Origin: the human T2T-CHM13v2.0 reference genome, Homo sapiens
Length of the DNA stretch: 64,000 nucleotides
Strand: one strand, 5' to 3'
Assembly: GCF_009914755.1 (NCBI RefSeq)
Contig: NC_060926.1
Shown here: piece by piece, positions 56,886-64,000 of the stretch
Numbering within the stretch: position 1 is the stretch's first letter
Layout: the number at the start of each line of letters is the position of its first letter
Made by a program: the position numbers and the translations under genes
The notes under the pieces: generated by a model
What the model was told of the DNA's origin: nothing
The model's database searches: none
The model's input: only the letters and a program-made list of their open reading frames with translations

Positions 56886-57784
56886 TTCTAGGCAAACAAA
56901 TCTTTTTTCTAGCCAGCTTATGCAAACCACAGAGGTAAATGGTGTTTTATAAAAGGCACACAAAAAGTACCGGCAGAATTTTATTATTACTTTATTCAAA
57001 TGACCAAAAAATTAGTCAAATTGCTATATTTTCTAAATGCTTACTCTCAGTTACTATAGTTATCTAGTTGAGGACCAGAAACAAATGCACTTAACCAGAC
57101 ACAGCTGGCCCTCTCACCTCTAACTTGTGTTTTCTTGTTTCTATTAATTTGCTCATTATAATACTATTAACACAAAGTACAGCCTTGACCTAAGCCTTAA
57201 CCTAAACTCTATTTTGTCAGAAAATTACTATGTGATTGGCTCACTTTTATAGTCAGTCAACAGAGCCCAAACTAAGCCACAGTCCTATTTTTTCTCTTTC
57301 CTTTATATTCCTCTCTCCATAAGGACTAGCTGATCTATAGTTTCTCTTTAATCCTTTCATCTCTAATAGATAACCCAGAAGCCTTTCTCTGTTGTTAAAT
57401 AATCAGAATCCCCTTCTCTAACAATTCTGCCTCCTTAACACACAGAAAAGCAATAAAGTTCCACAATTTAAGATAATTTCAGAATGCCTTTACAATGAAC
57501 AAAGTTCCATATAGAAACACTTCTTGATTGCTCTAATCCAGAACAGGGAATAAAGTTCAATTAGAATATAATCTCAATGCAGCATATACTTGCTATGGAA
57601 TAAGCCTTCAGATACGGAGATGATACTAAGTAACATTAAAGTCACAGATTTACAGACAAACCCAAGATTCATCTGGTAAAGCAAAGCAATCTTCCATTAG
57701 TCATTTCTAATTTTATTTGTGCACTAATGGAAAGAAAACACTGATCTGAATGAAATCAATGATTAAATAAACAACTGTACTTAC

Positions 57785-57912
57785 GTGTTAGATGAAAGAT
57801 GCCATCACAGGCACTAATATGAGATAAAAAAGCATTCCCCAGGCCCTGCCCATTGTGAGCTCCTTTCACAAGGCCAGCAATATCCACCACATTTAGAAAG
57901 GCAGGAATTTTG
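57785..57912 (-). CDS. OLA1: OLA1 internal coding exon (128 bp): G3 motif DIAG and [13 protein letters not shown]
   Basis: Minus strand reads tttttcag|C AAA ATT CCT GCC TTT CTA AAT GTG GTG GAT ATT GCT GGC...CAT CTA ACA C|gtaagt. It splices in frame to the previous exon (AG+C = Ser) and gives [42 protein letters not shown]. Confidence 0.98.
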
Positions 57913-58254
57913 CTGAAAAACAAAAGATGGCTTTATTATAAAACAGTACTAAAAACTTATCTATCAACCAAATGAATTCTCCAAACATTTCACATAAATT
58001 CTTTCCTTTCTAGAACAATGGAACAATAATGATTTGATAAATGAATATCCACCCCTCCCCCCAAAAAAAATTAGAAATGGCCTTGTAATACATTTGGACT
58101 TTCTTACCTAGGATAATAAGTGAGAAAACTAAAACAGAATAAATGTATTTATCGTGTTTCTGAAATTAAAACTCTTATCATTAATTTTACTATAAAGTTC
58201 TATTGGCACATGCACACACACTCAAAAGCGGTGAAGAATGTTTAGAGTATGCTG

Positions 58255-58490
58255 AGGTAATCATCATAAAATGAGCCAACTAACTTTGTGCCAGACACTA
58301 AATTAAGTATTCTACATGTATTATCTCACTTCAAAGTTCAAATCAACTCTATAATATGGATGCTATTTATTAAGCCCACTTTACAGATAAGGAAATTATG
58401 CCTTAGAGGAGTTACGAAATCTATTGTATTCAAGATCACTCAGCCAGCAGTGACAAAACTGGGATTCAAACACAGGCTGTCTGGGTTTGC
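58255..58490 (-). mobile_element. MIR SINE
   Basis: cccactttacagataaggaaa...ctgggattcaaacacagg. Confidence 0.8.
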
Positions 58491-59240
58491 ATTTGATCAC
58501 CCACATGTTATATAGACAAAAAAAAAAAAAAAAAAAAAAGCGTGTAATGCTGAGAACCAGTTATCAGCATAGTAATAACCTAGCTGTTGATAACAGCAAC
58601 CAAATTAGGCTATATACAAAATAACCTTTGCTTTGCTAAATAAAGGCACATTTAACACCAGTTAAAAACCAAGTTAGGAAAATCAGTTTGCCATGTAAAA
58701 ATGGAGATTTAAGTATATCAATAAATAAAAGCTACTTTTAATGTCATATGACAAAGGTATATATAATGTAATTGTGTATCCTTTGTCAATTTTCAAGAGC
58801 ATTCATTTTTCAGAATGTCAATTTCACTACCTGATAAAATACAACATAAAAGTTCCACAAAAGACTTCCCTATTATTGGCATGGAAAATGAGTCCTTTCA
58901 AAACAATTATTCTATGAAGTATTACAGATTGAAATTACTTGATTATTGTTACCACCAAATCCACTAAAACCACATAAATGTGGTTAGTTTTTTGTTGTTG
59001 GACACAGTGACTGCCTCCCCAGCATCCACTGCCCCCTCTCGGTACCTATACGGATTTTCATTTTGGTAGCCATTCCTCTCCAGCAGAGCCCAGCGCTTTG
59101 GAGAAGCTTGCTCTACCCCTAACTCTAGAAGTGGGGCATGTAGCTCCGGCCTTCACTAAGCAGTTTAATCGCATTCCTAGGGAAAGTAAAAAAATTCTAG
59201 GACCTTCACCTTGCCCTAATTGCCTCAAAGAACTTAAGAA

Positions 59241-59372
59241 GCCAGGCATGGTGGCATACATCTGTAGTCCCAAGTATTTGGGAGGCTGAGGCAGGAGGGA
59301 GGATGGCTTGAGCCCAGGAGTTCAAGTTCAGCCTGGGCAACATGGTGAGACTCCACCTCTTAAAAAACAAAA
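59241..59372 (+). mobile_element. Alu monomer (FLAM_A-like), probably inside an old ERVL-type LTR (about 58980-59690)
   Basis: Single arm; TSD-like acttaagaag. The host LTR call is tentative. Confidence 0.8.
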
Positions 59373-59733
59373 AAGACATGAAAAGACTTAAGAAGAGGTT
59401 TACTGGAGGGGGTGTAGGAGGCTGTTAAATAGAAGCTCATCAGTCTTCTGGGAGAACTTCTAGAAGCAATCCCGTTTCACTCTGAACATGGATGAGAAAG
59501 TACACAGATCTATCCTGTGACCACAAGGGGAAGACAACCTTATGGTCAAGTTGATAAAGTAAATTGAAGAGGGGAAAGAAGCCAGGCCTTTGATGATATC
59601 ACTGAGCTAAACACTGTGCTACCTGTTACTAACTCAATAAATCAGCTCTTTAAGTCACTGTGTTAAGGGCAACTAAATTCATCCTAAATGATATTTCTAA
59701 CAACTAAAACCACTCATATGATAAATATGAAGT

Positions 59734-60456
<723 letters not shown>

Positions 60457-60862
60457 GAAGTACAGTAAGTAGCATGCATTTGGGTAGAATGTCCTAAATT
60501 TGAAGTGAGAAGCTTTGAGTTCTATTTCTGGTTGACATAACTATAAGTGTGACCATGAACAAATTATTTCATCTTTCTAGGCTTCATGTTTCTTTTTATG
60601 AGGAAACTAGACAGGAAGATATTCAGCTCTGAGATTCTATTTTCTATTGAAAATGAGCTTCTCAATTCTGATTTGTGATTTATGGCTAGGATAAGGTTTA
60701 AACTATTAATACAATATCTCAAAAAATTAAAACTTGAGATTTAATTCAGGGATTTCTGATGTATTACACTAATGATCTCATGACTACTTGAACAAAATAC
60801 TTCTAGAATAAAATACTACTTTAGAACTCTCGAGACTAAAATGATGTTAAAAATATTTTTAA

Positions 60863-61229
<367 letters not shown>

Positions 61230-61254
61230 TTATTAATGTTCTTCAATAGAAACA

Positions 61255-61690
61255 GGCTGGTGGGGCTCGGCACAAATTTGGGAGGCCAAGACAGGAGGAT
61301 TACTTGAGCCCAGGAGTTCAAGCCAGCCTAGGAAACATGGCAAGACCTCATCTCTCCAAAAAATTTAAAAATTAGCCAGGCACAGTGGCATGTGCCTGTA
61401 GTCCCAGCTACTCAGGAGGCTGAGGTGAGAGAATCATTTGACCGTGCCCAGGAGTTTGAGGCTACAGTGAGCTGTGATCACACCACTGCACTCCAGCCTG
61501 GGCAACACAGTAAGATTCTGTCTTTAAAAAAAAAAAGAAAGAAAGAAAAGAAAGGCCAGGCACAGTAGTTCATGCCTGTAATCCCACCATTTTGGGAGGA
61601 TGAGGCAGGAGGAATGCTTGAGGCCGACAGTTCAAGACCACCCTGGGGCAACACAGCAAGACCCCATCTCTATTTTAAAAAGAAAAGAAA
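61255..61690 (+). mobile_element. AluJ followed by a FLAM-like monomer
   Basis: Dimer at 61255-61552 with a 5' deletion, then a monomer from 61554. Confidence 0.88.
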
Positions 61691-61699
61691 AGGAAAAAA

Positions 61700-62045
61700 T
61701 AAGATAAAACAACTGAACAAACACATGATCCTGGTTTAGATGCAACAAAGCATATTATTGGAACAACTGAAAAAATCTAAATAAAGTCTATGAATTAGAT
61801 GGTAATATGGGGTCAGTGTTAATCCCATAGTAAACTACCCTGATTTTGATGTTTTACTATGGTTGTGTGGGAGGATATCTTTGTATTTAGTAAATACAAA
61901 CTAAAGAACCGAAGTATAATATGGCACATGTCTACAACTTATTCTCAAAAGTTCTAAGAATCTGGGTATGCAAGGGTATATAAGCACTTGTGTACTTTTG
62001 CAGCTTTTATATAAATTTAAAATCATTTAAAAATAAAAAGGTTTT
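61700..62045 (+). mobile_element. L1MC-type 3' end
   Basis: gatcctgg...ggaacaactgaaaaaatctaaat...ttttatataaatttaaaatcatttaaaaataaaaag. Confidence 0.7.
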
Positions 62046-63314
62046 AGAAAGGACACTGAAGTCAGCCTGAAGAGCCAATCTGAGGGATATAATTTGAGCA
62101 TCAAATCAATGTTTGTGACAGATTAAAACCAATAAAATAACACTCATCTGAATAAATACATGAATGAACAGATGAAGATGAGAAAGCTTTTCCTTACAGT
62201 ACAATAGTAACAAATGAAGGAGGAATGATAGAATTACAAAATCACCATGTGAGAATCCTCATAGTAAAAATTAATTCATCAAAAAAATCAATGGATGCTA
62301 CAACTAGTAAGTGAAAGTGAAAAAAGTGAATGAGTTCAGTATATACTTTGTAATTAGAACTCACAAAATTGCTGATAAGACTGGATACGGGGTGAGGGGA
62401 GAGAAGAATCAAAGATAAATGGTGGGCACTGATTTAAGCAACTGAGGAAATGACAGTGCTATTTATTGAGTTATGGCAGTCCTAAAGAAGAATTTGGTGC
62501 AAGAAGGTGAAATCAAGAGGTCATTTTGGACATATCAAGTCTAAGGCACCTATTCAGACCTCCAAGTGTCAATATCAAGGAGGCAGTTAGATATAGAAAT
62601 CTGGAGTTCTGCAGAGTTCAGGACACCAGACAGAAACCTGGGATTTATCAGGACATTAAAAATAGTAAAATATTAAAAACAAATTATATTATCAATAATA
62701 AGCAAATGGTAAACTGTGCTACATTCATATAATATAGCAATAAATATAAGTATTATATTAGAAATTATTACTTAAGTCTGTATTGCTTAATCCAGAAAGA
62801 TATTAATAATATCCCAAGTAAAACAAGTATTCTATTTCTGTAAGTAAGTGTGCACAAAGTCAGGAAATTATGGAAGGATATATCCCCAAAGTATTTACAA
62901 CTGTTATATCAAGGTAGAGGAAGTAGAGGTGGTTTTCACCCCTCTCATTATATATTTCCCTACTGTCTGAACTTCCTACAATGAACTTAAACTATCTCAC
63001 TTTTTCCTAATAAAACAGTTTTACTTATTTTTTTAATTGAAGACATAATACATGCTTATTGTAAAAAAATTCAAACATAGAGGAATATAAGAATAAAGTA
63101 AAAATCACCTAAAAATTCTACTACCCAGAGATAATCATCAGTCTATGATCATTTCATACATTTTTTATGCATATAAACAAACACATTTAGTTTTACATGA
63201 ACGAGATCATATAATACAGACTAATTACTCCATTTCATACTCCCCAGAAAAAAATAATTGCAATGTTAACAACTGGGTATACCCTTCTACACCCTTCTCC
63301 ATACTCTGCATTAC

Positions 63315-63604
63315 TTTTTTCTTTTTGAGACGGAGTCTTGCTCTGTTGCCCAGGCTGAAGTGCAGTGGCGTAACTTGGCTCACTGCAACCTCCACCTCCT
63401 GGGTTCAAGCAATTCTCCTGCCTCAGCCTCCCAAGTAGCTGGGATTACAGGCACCTGCCACCACACCCAGCTAAATTTTGTATTTTTAGTAGACAGTGGT
63501 TTCACCATGTTGGCCAGGCTGGTCTCAAACTCCTAACCTTGTGATCTGCCCTCCTGGGCCTCCCAAAGTGCTGAGATTACAGGTGTGAGCCACCGCACCC
63601 AGCC
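63315..63604 (-). mobile_element. Alu (AluSg-type)
   Basis: Reverse dimer; TSD ctctgcat(t/g)acttt. Confidence 0.95.
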
Positions 63605-63738
63605 CTCTGCATGACTTTTATAATCACCCAAAACAATAATGCTACATTAATTTTAAAAGAAAAACTCTTCTATATGACTTTAAACATCTGCCCAATCTAC
63701 ACAAAATCACCAAATAAATAGCATAAAATATCTCTTAC

Positions 63739-63882
63739 CTTGCTGGTTTGTGGTATTGACAAAGAAAGTCAAACCTTTCATCTGGCACAGGTACTCTGCT
63801 CTCATTAGGATCAATAGTGCAGAACGGGAAGTTTTCTGCTGAAGCCTGACTATTGGTTAACACATTGAAGAAAGTAGATTTC
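63739..63882 (-). CDS. OLA1: OLA1 internal coding exon (144 bp): end of Walker A/G1 (GKS) and G2 motif [10 protein letters not shown]
   Basis: Minus strand reads tgttttag|G AAA TCT ACT TTC TTC AAT...CAC AAA CCA GCA AG|gtaagag. Translation [48 protein letters not shown] matches OLA1/YchF. Canonical AG/GT sites; phase 2 at both ends. Confidence 0.98.
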
Positions 63883-64000
63883 CTAAAACAAATAAAAGCA
63901 ATTTCAATCAATTCTTAGGTTAACACCAAGAAAAATTTATCTCACTCTAATTTCAATGCTCAAATAAGATCCATGAGGAATATAAAACCAATCTACAAAG

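Overview
This is primate (human-like) genomic DNA inside the OLA1 gene (Obg-like ATPase 1, YchF family), which lies on the minus strand. Two coding exons are visible. The first, 63739-63882 (144 bp), encodes [48 protein letters not shown]. The second, 57785-57912 (128 bp), encodes [42 protein letters not shown]. They are joined by a 5.8 kb intron, and everything left of 57785 is part of one intron longer than 57 kb. The introns are full of transposable elements: about 30 Alu/FLAM/FAM copies, old L1/L2/MIR fragments, MaLR LTRs, a near full-length Tigger4 and several other DNA transposons. A processed YBX1 pseudogene sits inside an old L1 and is itself split by an MST LTR. Items most worth a second look: a MER85 with its CSB-PGBD3 palindrome; a MADE1/miR-548-like hairpin; an unexplained 187-bp insert with a CTCF-like motif; candidate recursive-splice/microexon motifs on the OLA1 strand; a 23-bp x3 repeat and a CpG-rich 5' end in the YBX1 retrocopy; two Tigger2 copies with apparently shared variants; and a cluster of local duplications plus a palindrome near 12.4-13.0 kb. 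I see no evidence of a new multi-gene system. Nearly all ORF-track entries are repeat-derived or chance ORFs. Repeat subfamily names come from remembered consensus sequences and need RepeatMasker/Dfam confirmation.
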